A program made the position numbers and the translations under genes. A stretch of 64,000 nt of DNA from assembly GCA_020630195.1 (NCBI GenBank), contig JAHDBV010000008.1:877-64876 (forward strand), written 5' to 3'. Each line of letters begins with the position of its first letter. Positions within the stretch are counted from its first letter, which is position 1. Below, piece after piece: positions 1-9,162 of this stretch. This DNA is from Acidimicrobiales bacterium. Lineage in GTDB: Bacteria > Actinomycetota > Acidimicrobiia > Acidimicrobiales > SZUA-35. The notes beneath the pieces were generated by a model. The model saw only the letters and a list, made by a program, of their open reading frames with translations. It had not been told where the DNA came from and did not search any database.

Positions 1-977
1 CTCGTGAGATCGGGGAAGGTCGCCGGCGACACCGCCGCCTCGCCCTCGGGCAGTTCGCGTACCTCGGCGATCTTGCCGATCACCTTGTGCCCGGGCAGGT
101 GCCCACCCGTGCCGGTCTTCGCGCCCTGACCGAACTTGAAGTGGAAGGCCTGCACGTCGCGGACCTTGTCGAGGCTCCACCCGAACCGTCCCGATGCGAG
201 TTCGTAGAAGTACCGGGAGTTCTCGGCCTGCTCCTCGGGCAACATGCCGCCTTCGCCCGAGCAGATGCCGGTGCCGGCCATCTCGGCGCCCTTCGAGAGG
301 GAGATCTTCGCTTCCTCGGACAGGGCGCCGTAGGACATGTCCGACACGAAGATCGGGATGTCGAGCTCGAGGGGCTTCGCGGCGTTGGGGCCGATCACGA
401 CCTTCGAGGCGACCTCGGCCTCGTCGAGCAGGGGACGGCGGGCGAGTTGGGCGGTGACGAACTGGATGTCGTCCCACGACGGCACCTGATCGCGGGCGAC
501 GCCCATCGCCGTCGTCGGGCCGTGGTGGCCGAGTTTCGAGAGACCGTCGCCGGCCAGCTTGCGGATCAGGGCGACGTGGGGTTCGTCGGGCGTGCCGTGT
601 ACGTCCTGATAGGCGCCCTGGTAGGCGTCCCGGTTGTAGGGCTGCGGGTTCTCCGCCTCCCAGGCCAGCAGCTCGTCGAGGTCGATCAGCAGGTCGTCAC
701 CCTCGAGCCACGCGGTGAACTTCGGAAGCTGCTCGGCGTTGTTGTAGGCCGAGATGCCGGTGTCGAACCGGTAGTCCCAGCCGTGCACCCCGCAGATGAG
801 GTCCTGCCCGGCGACGTGGCCGTCGGCGAGGGGAGCGCCCCGGTGCAGGCACCGCCCGTAGAGCACCGACGGTGTGTCGTCGGCGCGGACGATGACGAGG
901 TCGACGTTCGACACGAGCACCCCGACGGGCTCACGGTCGGGGACGTCGGTCCAGGTGGCGATCTTGTGTGGCTGCAT
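1..977 (-). CDS. Rieske [2Fe-2S] domain fused to a glutamate-synthase-like FMN domain (GltB central-domain family); 3' end lies beyond the window start
   Basis: Absent from the ORF track because there is no stop inside the window. My own minus-strand translation from the ATG at 977 (GGGGA RBS-like a few nt upstream) reads MQPHKIATWTDVP...GRCLHRGAPL...LICGVHGWDYRF (Rieske CxH...CxxH). It continues ...IPIFVSDMSYGALSEEAKISLSKGAEMAGTGICSGEGGM...FHFKFGQGAKTGTGGHLPGHKV (glutamate synthase FMN-domain signatures). Third codon positions are G/C rich. Confidence 0.8.
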   Translation of the reverse strand, partial: MQPHKIATWTDVPDREPVGVLVSNVDLVIVRADDTPSVLYGRCLHRGAPLADGHVAGQDLICGVHGWDYRFDTGISAYNNAEQLPKFTAWLEGDDLLIDLDELLAWEAENPQPYNRDAYQGAYQDVHGTPDEPHVALIRKLAGDGLSKLGHHGPTTAMGVARDQVPSWDDIQFVTAQLARRPLLDEAEVASKVVIGPNAAKPLELDIPIFVSDMSYGALSEEAKISLSKGAEMAGTGICSGEGGMLPEEQAENSRYFYELASGRFGWSLDKVRDVQAFHFKFGQGAKTGTGGHLPGHKVIGKIAEVRELPEGEAAVSPATFPDLT

Positions 978-1017
978 GTGGTCCCCTTGGTTCGCAGCGG
1001 TGAACGTCGTGTCGGGC

Positions 1018-2103
1018 TCAGAACTTCCCGGAGTTCGACGTGTCGGACGCATCGGGCAACGGTTCGACGTTGTCCCAGTGCTCGACGATCATGCCGTCGG
1101 CGAGCCGGAAGATGTCGAAGGCCGCGTAGCCGATCCCGTTCCACACCTGGTGGGCGAGGGTGACGACCATGTCGCCCTGCCCGACGATGCGGTGGATCTT
1201 CTCGTAGTAGAGCGTCTCGCCCGCCTCGCGGCTGCGTCGGTCCATCTCGATCAGCGCCTCGACACCGTCGGGGGCGTCGGGGTTGTGGTTGATGTAGGTC
1301 TCCGACGAGATGAAGTCGGTGAAGGGGGCGGTCGGCTCGGCGCAGAAGGCCTCGGTCATGAAGCGGCGGACGTGGTCCTTGTTCTGCTCGGTGAGGTGCA
1401 GATCGGTGATCTCGGTCGTGCCGTCGATCTGGGTGTGGCCGGCCGGGTTCGTGCCGCCGAGTGCGGCGATCACGTCCCAGTGTTCGATGATCTTGCCGTT
1501 GCCGTCGGTGTCGAACAGGTCGGTGGTGACCCAGCGGGCCTCGCCGTTGTTGAGGTCCTGGGCGGCCTGGACGAAGACGAACCGTCCGTCGACGAGCGAG
1601 CGGACGATCTCGATGTCGCGTACGGCGTTCTTCTCGATGAAGGGCTCGAAGAACTCGACGAACCCCTCGACCCCGTCGCGGACGCCGGTCGAGTGCTGGG
1701 TGTAGCGGTCGCCGGTGTAGGTCTCCACCGCCCGGCGGGCGTCGCCGTCACGGATGCCCTCCATGTACAGGCGGGTGGCGTTGGCGAGACCGGGCGAGGC
1801 GGCCGAGGCGATCTCGACCTCACGGCGCATCTCCATGGTCTCGGCATCCATGAGCGCGAGGAAGTCCTGTGTGGCCTCGGCGGTCATGAACGAGCCCATG
1901 GAGGCGTCCGCGTCGTGGGCCGAGTCCCACCGCAGCGAGATCGTCCACGTGCCGTCCTCGGCGATCGTCGTGACACGGGAGCCGGCGTTGTAGCCGGGCT
2001 GGAGGGGGAGGTAGTCGGCTTCGACCCGGGCGTTGGCGGCGGCGAAGGCCTCGGCTGAGGTTCCCTCCGCCAGTCGGAGCGTGATGGTTTCGATGACGGC
2101 CAT
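1018..2103 (-). CDS. ABM-like N-terminal domain plus two SnoaL/NTF2-like domains (polyketide-cyclase-like fold protein)
   Basis: 361-aa ORF with balanced composition. Repeated ...EHWD... SnoaL-like modules (IIEHWDVIAALGG and MIVEHWDNVEP). Lies upstream of, and on the same strand as, the Rieske-GltS-like gene (40-nt gap). Confidence 0.75.
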   Translation of the reverse strand: MAVIETITLRLAEGTSAEAFAAANARVEADYLPLQPGYNAGSRVTTIAEDGTWTISLRWDSAHDADASMGSFMTAEATQDFLALMDAETMEMRREVEIASAASPGLANATRLYMEGIRDGDARRAVETYTGDRYTQHSTGVRDGVEGFVEFFEPFIEKNAVRDIEIVRSLVDGRFVFVQAAQDLNNGEARWVTTDLFDTDGNGKIIEHWDVIAALGGTNPAGHTQIDGTTEITDLHLTEQNKDHVRRFMTEAFCAEPTAPFTDFISSETYINHNPDAPDGVEALIEMDRRSREAGETLYYEKIHRIVGQGDMVVTLAHQVWNGIGYAAFDIFRLADGMIVEHWDNVEPLPDASDTSNSGKF

Positions 2104-2312
2104 GGGCCGAACCTACGAGCGGTGCTCCGTGCCGGGAAGGTCACGGCCCGACGGTGTGTGGTCGAAACCGGACAGGTCGTCGTCGGACGTCCCGGAGGTG
2201 GATTCCGGTCACGCCGGGCGCGCCCGATCGGCGGCGGCGAGACTGCCGAGGGAACGAACCCGGCATGTGGCCGGTTCGTGCCGATGCAGCGTCGAGCCCG
2301 GAGAGATCGCCC

Positions 2313-4262
2313 ATGACCAGCCCCGCCCCCGCCGACCACGAGTGGCACCACATCCTCGGACCGGACGACCTGCCGGAGGGTCGGGTGACCACGGTGCACG
2401 TCGAGCATCACACCTACGCCGTCACCCACCACGAGGGCCGCTACGGGGTGCTCGACAACCGCTGCCCGCACCAGGGCGGCCCGCTCGGCGAGGGCTCGAT
2501 CGAGAACGGGCATCTGCGGTGCCCGTGGCACGGCTACGACTACGACCCGACCACCGGCGAGCCCCCGCCGCCGTTCGATGACGCGCCCGCCTGCTTCGCC
2601 ACCGAGGTCCGGGACGACGGTGTCTGGGTCGCGCTGCCGACGCCGTCCGCCCCGCCTCGCACGGCCAGCGACGTCGTGGTCGAGACGATGGTCGACTTCG
2701 GTGTCGACACCGTCTTCGGCATGGTCGGGCACTCGAACCTGGGTATGGCCGACGCGATGCGCCACGCCGAGGACCGGGGAGACCTCCGGTTCTTCGGGAT
2801 CCGCCACGAAGGCGCCGCCGCGTTCGCCGCCTCGGCGTACGGGAAGTTGACCGGTCGGCCGGGGGCCTGTTTCGGCATCGCCGGACCGGGCTCCACCAAC
2901 CTGCTGACGGGCCTCTACGACGCGAAGGTCGACGGCGCACCGGTGCTCGCGATCAGCGGCCAGGTCCCGTCGCCTTCACGAGGCCGCGGTGCCTTCCAGG
3001 ACCTCGATCTGTCCGCGGCGTTCAACGACGTGGCGGCGTTCTCCGAGACCCTCTACCCCGCATCGGATCACGCCGAGTTGACGAGCCTGGCCTGCAAGAC
3101 GGCGATCGTCGAGCGGACCGTGGCGCATCTCGTGCTGCCCGACGACGTGCAGACGATCCCGTCGGACGCCGCGGCCGGCACGGCCGTCGGACGCGTCGTC
3201 GAGCGGGCCATGCCGCCGGTCGCCGATGCCCTCCGGGACGCCGCGGCACGTCTGGCCGCCGCCGAGCGGCCCACCTTCATCGTGGGTGCGGGGGCCCGGG
3301 ACGACATGGCCGAGATCATCGAACTCGCCGAACACGTCGGTGCACCGATCGCCACCACGTTCAAGGCCAAGGGGCAGATCAGCGACAACCACCCGCTCGG
3401 CTGTGGCGTGCTCGGCCGCAGCGGCACGCCGGTGGCCAGTTGGTTCATGAACGAGAGCGACCTGCTCGTGGTGTTCGGGGCCTCGTTCTCGAACCACACC
3501 GGTATCAGCTCCTACAAGCCCATCATCCAGATCGACGACGATCCGATGGCGCTCGGCCGATTCCACCCCGTCGAGATCCCCGTGCTCGGCAACGCCGCAC
3601 TCACCGCGGCGGCGCTGCGGGGAGCGGTCCCGGCCGACGGAGGCGTCGATCGGCGGCCCGAGGTGGCCGAACGCTGGGCGATCTGGCGTGAGGAGAAGGC
3701 ACGCCGTCGGGTCGACGACAAGGGGCACGGACTCTCGGCGGCGGCGATCTTCGAGTCGCTCGGCGGGGAGATCGCCGACGACGCCGTGATCTGTGTCGAC
3801 GTCGGCAACAACACCTACAGCTTCGGCCGGTACTTCGAGGTCGCCGACCAGACGGTGCTGATGTCGGGCTACCTCGGATCGATCGGGTTCGGGTTCCCGG
3901 CGGCGATGGGCGCCTGGGCCGCGCTCGGGACCGAACGCCAGATCGTGTCCGTCAGCGGCGACGGCGGCTTCGGGCAGTACGCCATGGAGCTGAGCACCGT
4001 CGCCAAGTACGGCATGAACCTCACCCACGTCGTGCTCGACAACCACGAACTCGGCAAGATCAGCAAGGAACAACGAGACGCCGACTTCGACGTCTGGCAG
4101 ACGAGCCTCCACAACCCCGACTTCGCGTCGATGGCGGAGCTGTTCGGTGTCGACGCGCACCGGGTCACCACCGCGGATGAGCTCGCTCCCGCCCTGCGGG
4201 CCGCCTTCGACCACGTCGGCCCGTCACTCGTCGCCATCCAGCAGGATGTGACCCTCCTCTGA
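2313..4262 (+). CDS. Rieske [2Fe-2S] domain fused to a thiamine-diphosphate enzyme of the pyruvate oxidase / acetolactate synthase family
   Basis: In frame with ORF 2154..4262. The ATG at 2313 is preceded by GGAGAG. The N-terminus carries NRCPHQGGPL...LRCPWHGYDYD (Rieske). The rest shows the TPP-enzyme N, central and C modules: GIRHEGAAAFAASAYGKLTGRPGACFGIAGPGSTNLLTGLYDA... and SVSGDGGFGQYAMEL...VVLDNHELGKI (GDG-x-N TPP-binding motif). Confidence 0.85.
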   Translation: MTSPAPADHEWHHILGPDDLPEGRVTTVHVEHHTYAVTHHEGRYGVLDNRCPHQGGPLGEGSIENGHLRCPWHGYDYDPTTGEPPPPFDDAPACFATEVRDDGVWVALPTPSAPPRTASDVVVETMVDFGVDTVFGMVGHSNLGMADAMRHAEDRGDLRFFGIRHEGAAAFAASAYGKLTGRPGACFGIAGPGSTNLLTGLYDAKVDGAPVLAISGQVPSPSRGRGAFQDLDLSAAFNDVAAFSETLYPASDHAELTSLACKTAIVERTVAHLVLPDDVQTIPSDAAAGTAVGRVVERAMPPVADALRDAAARLAAAERPTFIVGAGARDDMAEIIELAEHVGAPIATTFKAKGQISDNHPLGCGVLGRSGTPVASWFMNESDLLVVFGASFSNHTGISSYKPIIQIDDDPMALGRFHPVEIPVLGNAALTAAALRGAVPADGGVDRRPEVAERWAIWREEKARRRVDDKGHGLSAAAIFESLGGEIADDAVICVDVGNNTYSFGRYFEVADQTVLMSGYLGSIGFGFPAAMGAWAALGTERQIVSVSGDGGFGQYAMELSTVAKYGMNLTHVVLDNHELGKISKEQRDADFDVWQTSLHNPDFASMAELFGVDAHRVTTADELAPALRAAFDHVGPSLVAIQQDVTLL

Positions 4263-4302
4263 CCGACCCGGTCCGACCGTCATCGCCCCACCGGAGCCCA
4301 CC

Positions 4303-5025
4303 ATGCCCCTCGTGCCCGACATACCCGCCGCCCTCGTTCCCACGCGGCTCGCGCTGCATCGCCTCGCCACCTACGTCGTGGCGCCAGCCCGTCACGTCGT
4401 CACCGGACGATTCGGTCTCCGGGCCGTCGAGGGTGGCTACGGCACCCCGCCGTTCGAGGGCCGCCGGATCTGGGTGCAGGGCACGACGATCTTCGACGAG
4501 CGGGACGGTGAGGTGCGCAGCGCCCCCGTCACGTCGTTGCAGGCCGCCGCCGACTTCCTCGGCACCGCCATCGACCCGACCACGGCCGCCGAAGGTGACT
4601 CCCCGGCGCTCGGCGACGTCGACGCCGACCTCGGCATCGACCCGGCGTCGTCGGACTATCTCGGGTGGTGGTTCGCCAACGCCTTCGAGGCACTCACGAC
4701 CGTGCGAGGCGACGACGCCTCGGTCGATGCCAGCGAACCCCAGCTCTGGCCGGGGCACTTCGACCCGGCGATCGAGATCGGTGACGAGGACCATCGGGGG
4801 AGCTACGGCGCCTCGCCGGGCGACGACGCGATCGACGAGCCCTATCTCTACCTGTCGTTGTGGTGGCCCGACCGGCTGGGCCTGGACACGGCCGACCCGT
4901 CGTGGAACGCACCGAGCTTCACGGGTCGGGTGCTGCGGGTGTCGGACTTCCCCGCCGACGTCGATCCGGTCACCACGGCCACCACGTTCTGGCGTGACGC
5001 GAGGGACGCCGCCGCGCTCGGGTGA
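4303..5025 (+). CDS. hypothetical protein (no family recognised)
   Basis: 240-aa ORF with normal composition and G/C third positions. It fills the gap between neighbouring genes on the same strand. I saw no recognisable motif. Confidence 0.6.
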   Translation: MPLVPDIPAALVPTRLALHRLATYVVAPARHVVTGRFGLRAVEGGYGTPPFEGRRIWVQGTTIFDERDGEVRSAPVTSLQAAADFLGTAIDPTTAAEGDSPALGDVDADLGIDPASSDYLGWWFANAFEALTTVRGDDASVDASEPQLWPGHFDPAIEIGDEDHRGSYGASPGDDAIDEPYLYLSLWWPDRLGLDTADPSWNAPSFTGRVLRVSDFPADVDPVTTATTFWRDARDAAALG

Positions 5026-5037
5026 GTCGCCGTCGGG

Positions 5038-6066
5038 TCAGGCGGCGTAGGCGGTGACGATCGGCGCGAGCTCGGTCGGGTTCGCCCCGTGCAGGATCAC
5101 GCCGTCGGCCCCGAGATCGAGCTGGCGTCGAACGGCCGCCGCACACTGCTCGGCGGTTCCCCGCGCCGCGGGGGCCAACCACTCGTCGGGGAGCAACGTG
5201 GCGATGTGTTCGAGCTGGGTGGTGTCGGCCTTCGCATCGATCGCGCCCGGGAACGTCGCCACCATCGGATCGGCCCGGAACCGCTCGAGGACCGCCGGAT
5301 CCCATCGGTTGGTCCGAACCATCAGATCGCCGTAGGCCTGCAGGTAGGTCGCGAGGCGGCCCACGGTCTTCTTCAGCCGGAGCGGCTCGGGCAGGTGATC
5401 GCCGATGGTCGCATAACACGACCACACCCGGACCGACGCCGGGTCCCGTCCGGCCCGCTCCGCGGCGTCCTTCACCGTGGCCACACAGCGGGTGAGGGTC
5501 TCGTCGGTGAAGAACGTGTGGAGGATGACGTCGTCGAACGCCCGGCCGGCCAACGCGAGGCTGTTCGGTCCGAACGCGGTCAACCCGAGCGGGATGTCCT
5601 CGTCGAAACCGGGATCCAGACGGAGCACCGGCCACGATCCGGCCGGGCCGTCGTGGCCGACCACGGTCTCCCCACGCCACAGGCGGCGCATGAGCCCCGC
5701 GAAGTCCTCCATCTGGGCGGTGGTGATCCGGCCCATGCCGAACGCGTCCTGCATCCGATCGATGCCGCGGCCGAGACCGAGCGTGAACCGGCCGCCCGTG
5801 AGGAAGTGCATCGTGGTCGCATACGACGCCGTCACGATCGGGTGCCGGGTGTTGTGGTTCGTCGCACCCGTGATGATCCGGAGATCGGTCGAGACGGCGG
5901 CGACGGCACCGCTCAACGTCGCCGCCTCCTTCACGTTGAACCGTTCCGAGATGAAACAGGCACCGAGCCCGAGGGCCTCGGCGTCACGCACCTCGTCGAG
6001 CAGCTCCCGTGGACTCCCCGGCGCACCGGCGAGGGTGTAGAAGCCGAGCTCGTCGTGGCGTGCCAT
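5038..6066 (-). CDS. luciferase-like (LLM class) flavin- or F420-dependent oxidoreductase
   Basis: 342-aa ORF. Sequence resembles the bacterial-luciferase TIM-barrel family: GACFISERFN...GGRFTLGLGRG...LGADGVILHG. Confidence 0.85.
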   Translation of the reverse strand: MARHDELGFYTLAGAPGSPRELLDEVRDAEALGLGACFISERFNVKEAATLSGAVAAVSTDLRIITGATNHNTRHPIVTASYATTMHFLTGGRFTLGLGRGIDRMQDAFGMGRITTAQMEDFAGLMRRLWRGETVVGHDGPAGSWPVLRLDPGFDEDIPLGLTAFGPNSLALAGRAFDDVILHTFFTDETLTRCVATVKDAAERAGRDPASVRVWSCYATIGDHLPEPLRLKKTVGRLATYLQAYGDLMVRTNRWDPAVLERFRADPMVATFPGAIDAKADTTQLEHIATLLPDEWLAPAARGTAEQCAAAVRRQLDLGADGVILHGANPTELAPIVTAYAA

Positions 6067-6126
6067 GACCGAACCCTACGAGACCCGTCGGCGCGGTCTC
6101 GAACCGCCACCGATGGCCTCTCGGCG

Positions 6127-6567
6127 TCACCGGGCGGGTGCCGGCCGCCCGGCGAGTGCACGGATGCGGCTGCGATTGCGCCATAGGTGCACGAACATGA
6201 GCACGATCGCGAGCAGGCCGGTGGCGGTGTGCACGGTCACCCAGATCGCCGCGCTCGACCATTCGAGCCAGATCGGGAAGCCGGTGACGGTGCACACGGC
6301 GGTGAGCGCCCCCAGCACGGCGTTGAGGACGCCGAGCGAGAACTCCCGGTCGTCACGGCCCCGGGAGACGACCCGCCGGATCCAGCTCGCGTTCGACGCG
6401 AGGTGCACGGCGATCACCGGGACGAGCGCGATGCCGATCCAGCTGTGCAGCGTGTAGTCCGGTCCCTCCCGGGTGAGGAACTCGACGATGAAGCCGACGA
6501 ACAGGCCGACATCGACGACGATGCGGATGATCCGGCGGCGTGCGAGTGACTCGAGGCGATCGATCAT
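6127..6567 (-). CDS. small integral membrane protein (about 4 TM helices, conserved His; DUF4405-like)
   Basis: Within ORF 6127..6648. The internal Met (MIDRLESLARRRII...) is followed by four hydrophobic segments. The upstream 27 codons are Arg/Pro rich and look non-coding. Confidence 0.55.
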   Translation of the reverse strand: MIDRLESLARRRIIRIVVDVGLFVGFIVEFLTREGPDYTLHSWIGIALVPVIAVHLASNASWIRRVVSRGRDDREFSLGVLNAVLGALTAVCTVTGFPIWLEWSSAAIWVTVHTATGLLAIVLMFVHLWRNRSRIRALAGRPAPAR

Positions 6568-6739
6568 GGTGGTGACTCCCGTGGGCGACGGTGGTGCCGC
6601 CCGCCGTTGCATCCCACCACGCCGGCGTCGAGGCCACATCGGTGCCACATCAAGATCCGATCAAGTCGCGACATGGCGCCGGCTTGACCCGTGAACGGGA
6701 CTGGCGGACGCTGGTCGCCCACGACGACGGGAGCTCCGC

Positions 6740-7426
6740 ATGCCGCTTCGCCCCCGGGGTGTGAACCACCTCGCCCTCTCCACCACCGACATGAAGGCCC
6801 AGCTCTCGTTCTGGTGCGACGCCCTCGGGTTGCCGCTGAAGGCGCTCTACTGGATGCACGGCGTCGAGGGCGCCCTGCACGGCTTCGTTGAACTCGCCGA
6901 GGACAGCCACGTCGCCTTCGTCCAGCACCCGGACAACACCGACGCCGTCGAGTTCGGGGTGAGCCACGCCGACGGGCCCGGTGGTGGTGTGCGGGGCGGC
7001 ACCATGCAGCACGTCGCCTTCCACGTCGACACGCTCGACGAGGTGCTGACCCTGCGGGACCGGCTCCGCAGCCGTGGTGTGCAGGTGCTCGGACCGATCG
7101 ACCACGGCTTCGTGCAGTCGATCTACTTCGAGGGGCCCGAGGGCCTCAACCTGGAGGTCGCCGCGGGCGCCGGGATCGACGCCGATGCGTGGATCGATCC
7201 GGAGGTCACCGCCCTCTGCGGGATCGACGACACCGAGCTCGCCGCGCTGAAGGAGCCGGCGCCGTTCGAACGACCGGCCGATCCGGTGGCCCAACCGGCC
7301 GAACCCCACCCGACCAATGAGCGGGCCCGCCAGCATCCCGAGCACCACGCCCTGGTGATGGGGCTCGCGGACGAATTCGTCTGGGATCGCCTCAGCGAGA
7401 CCGAACCGCCGGTGGCCCCGGCCTAG
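6740..7426 (+). CDS. VOC (glyoxalase / bleomycin resistance / extradiol dioxygenase) family protein
   Basis: 228-aa ORF with GGGAG RBS-like sequence upstream of the ATG. Shows a VNHLALSTTDM...HVAFHV paired beta-alpha-beta-beta-beta module pattern. Confidence 0.8.
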   Translation: MPLRPRGVNHLALSTTDMKAQLSFWCDALGLPLKALYWMHGVEGALHGFVELAEDSHVAFVQHPDNTDAVEFGVSHADGPGGGVRGGTMQHVAFHVDTLDEVLTLRDRLRSRGVQVLGPIDHGFVQSIYFEGPEGLNLEVAAGAGIDADAWIDPEVTALCGIDDTELAALKEPAPFERPADPVAQPAEPHPTNERARQHPEHHALVMGLADEFVWDRLSETEPPVAPA

Positions 7427-7427
7427 C

Positions 7428-8591
7428 GTGACATCCATGGATCTGGAGGCGCTCGTCGGCGCGGGCTTCGACCTCGACGCGAGCCGATCCCACGCCGCCC
7501 ACGGTCGGTTCTACACCGACCCGGCCGTGCACGAGTTCGAACAGGAGCGGGTCTTCGCCCGGGAGTGGTGCTACGTCGCCCACCGGAGCCAGCTCCCGAA
7601 CCGGGGCGACCATCTGGTGGTCGAACTCGCCGGGCGATCCGTCGTCGTCGTGGCCGACGGTGACGGTCATCGGGCCTTCCACAACGTGTGTCAGCACCGG
7701 GGGCACCAGCTCGTCGCCGAGTCGGGTCACACCCCGAACGTGCTCGTGTGCCCCTACCACGCCTGGAGCTACGCCCTCGACGGCCGTCTGCGCGGCGCGC
7801 CCCACGCCCGTGACGTGCCCGACTTCGATCGGTCGTGTGTCTCATTGACCCCGGTCGGGCTCGACGAGATCGGCGGCTTCCTCTTCGTCAATCTCGACCC
7901 CGATGCCCGTCCGCTGCGAGACGTGGCACCGGGCTTCGAACCCCGCCTGCGCTCGATGGTGGGGGAGAGCGAACACCTCCGCCTCGCGTCGGAGTCCCGC
8001 TTCGGCATCGAGGCCAACTGGAAGGTCGTGACGGAGAACTTCCTCGAGGCGTACCACGTCGAGTTCTCCGGCCCGGCCCACCAGGCACTCGGCAACATCA
8101 TCGACCCGTCGACCTATCGGTTCGAGATCGACGGCCGGGTCATCGAATACACCGCGGGTGGCGGTGCGCCGGAGGTGCTGCCCTACGAGGTGCACGGCAC
8201 CGACGACTTCACGTCGACCGCCGGCGTGCCGTTCCACCAGATCTTCCTCTACCCGAACATGACGTTCTCGGTGTTCCCCGGGACGAACATGGTGTTCGTG
8301 TTCGACATGTCACCGAGCGGCCCCGAGACCACGGCCGAACGCATCCAGTACTTCACCCTCGACGGCCATCTGCAGCGCCCGTCGGACCAGGCCGAGGCCT
8401 TCATCAGCCGGGAGCTCAACCACGAGGACATCGCCCTCGTCGAAGGGGTCCAGCGCGGGCTGCGCTCACCCGGGTATCGGCCGGGCCGGTACATGGTCGA
8501 CGCCGCCGGTGAGGCCGGCTGGGGCGAGCAGTTCGTGCACCACTTCGTGCTCACCCACCTCCGGGCGCTCGGGGTGGTGCCCGAGGCCTGA
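7428..8591 (+). CDS. Rieske non-heme iron oxygenase, alpha (catalytic) subunit
   Basis: Carries CQHRGHQL...CPYHAWSY (Rieske) and ...NFLEAYHVEFSGPAH... (mononuclear iron region). The start is GTG at 7428 or ATG at 7437, one nt after the VOC gene stop. Confidence 0.85.
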   Translation: MTSMDLEALVGAGFDLDASRSHAAHGRFYTDPAVHEFEQERVFAREWCYVAHRSQLPNRGDHLVVELAGRSVVVVADGDGHRAFHNVCQHRGHQLVAESGHTPNVLVCPYHAWSYALDGRLRGAPHARDVPDFDRSCVSLTPVGLDEIGGFLFVNLDPDARPLRDVAPGFEPRLRSMVGESEHLRLASESRFGIEANWKVVTENFLEAYHVEFSGPAHQALGNIIDPSTYRFEIDGRVIEYTAGGGAPEVLPYEVHGTDDFTSTAGVPFHQIFLYPNMTFSVFPGTNMVFVFDMSPSGPETTAERIQYFTLDGHLQRPSDQAEAFISRELNHEDIALVEGVQRGLRSPGYRPGRYMVDAAGEAGWGEQFVHHFVLTHLRALGVVPEA

Positions 8592-8596
8592 GGGGT

Positions 8597-9061
8597 TCAG
8601 CGTAGCGGGATGCCGTCGGTGTCGCCGTCGGCCCGGGCGCCGTGGATGCGTCGCTCCGCCTCGGTGATCTCGACGTCGTTGATGCTGGCTTCCCGGCGGC
8701 GCATGAGGCCGTGCTCGTCGAACTCCCAGTTCTCGTTGCCGTAGGAACGCCACCAGCGGCCCTCGAGGTCACGGCTCTCGTACTGGAACCGCACGGCGAT
8801 CCGGTCGTCGGTGAACGCCCACAGGTCCTTGCGGAGTGCGTAGTCGGTCTCGCGAGCCCACTTGGCGGCCAGGAAGTCCCGGATCTCGTCGCGGCCACGC
8901 AGGAACGTGTCACGGTTCCGCCACTCGGAGTCGACGGTGTAGGCCATCGCCACCCGCTCCGGATCGCGGGTGTTCCAGGCAGCTTCGGCCGCCAACACCT
9001 TCATGGTCGCCGTCTCACGGGTGAACGGTGGCACGGGTGGCTTGGTCTCGGGGGTCGTCAT
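8597..9061 (-). CDS. DUF1348 / NTF2-like family protein
   Basis: The internal Met of ORF 8597..9124 gives [18 protein letters not shown]...[37 protein letters not shown]...[14 protein letters not shown]. This closely matches the conserved DUF1348 pattern as I remember it. Confidence 0.8.
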   Translation of the reverse strand: MTTPETKPPVPPFTRETATMKVLAAEAAWNTRDPERVAMAYTVDSEWRNRDTFLRGRDEIRDFLAAKWARETDYALRKDLWAFTDDRIAVRFQYESRDLEGRWWRSYGNENWEFDEHGLMRRREASINDVEITEAERRIHGARADGDTDGIPLR

Positions 9062-9162
9062 CGCGGGCGCTCCGGGGCTCGTCGGGCCCACGGAACCGAC
9101 GACGACGGGCCGGCCATTCCCCACGGGCGTCGGGCGTCCCCGGAGGACTAGGTTCGCCGTCC

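Noticed and set aside
87-2058. Long plus-strand ORFs 87..1163 (358 aa) and 874..2058 (394 aa) at the left edge
   Set aside because: Their translations are Gly/Arg/Val/Leu/Asp-rich low-information strings with no motifs. The opposite strand encodes a clean Rieske-GltS-like protein (open to the window edge, so absent from the track) and a SnoaL-like protein. These ORFs are typical antisense artefacts of about 70% GC DNA.
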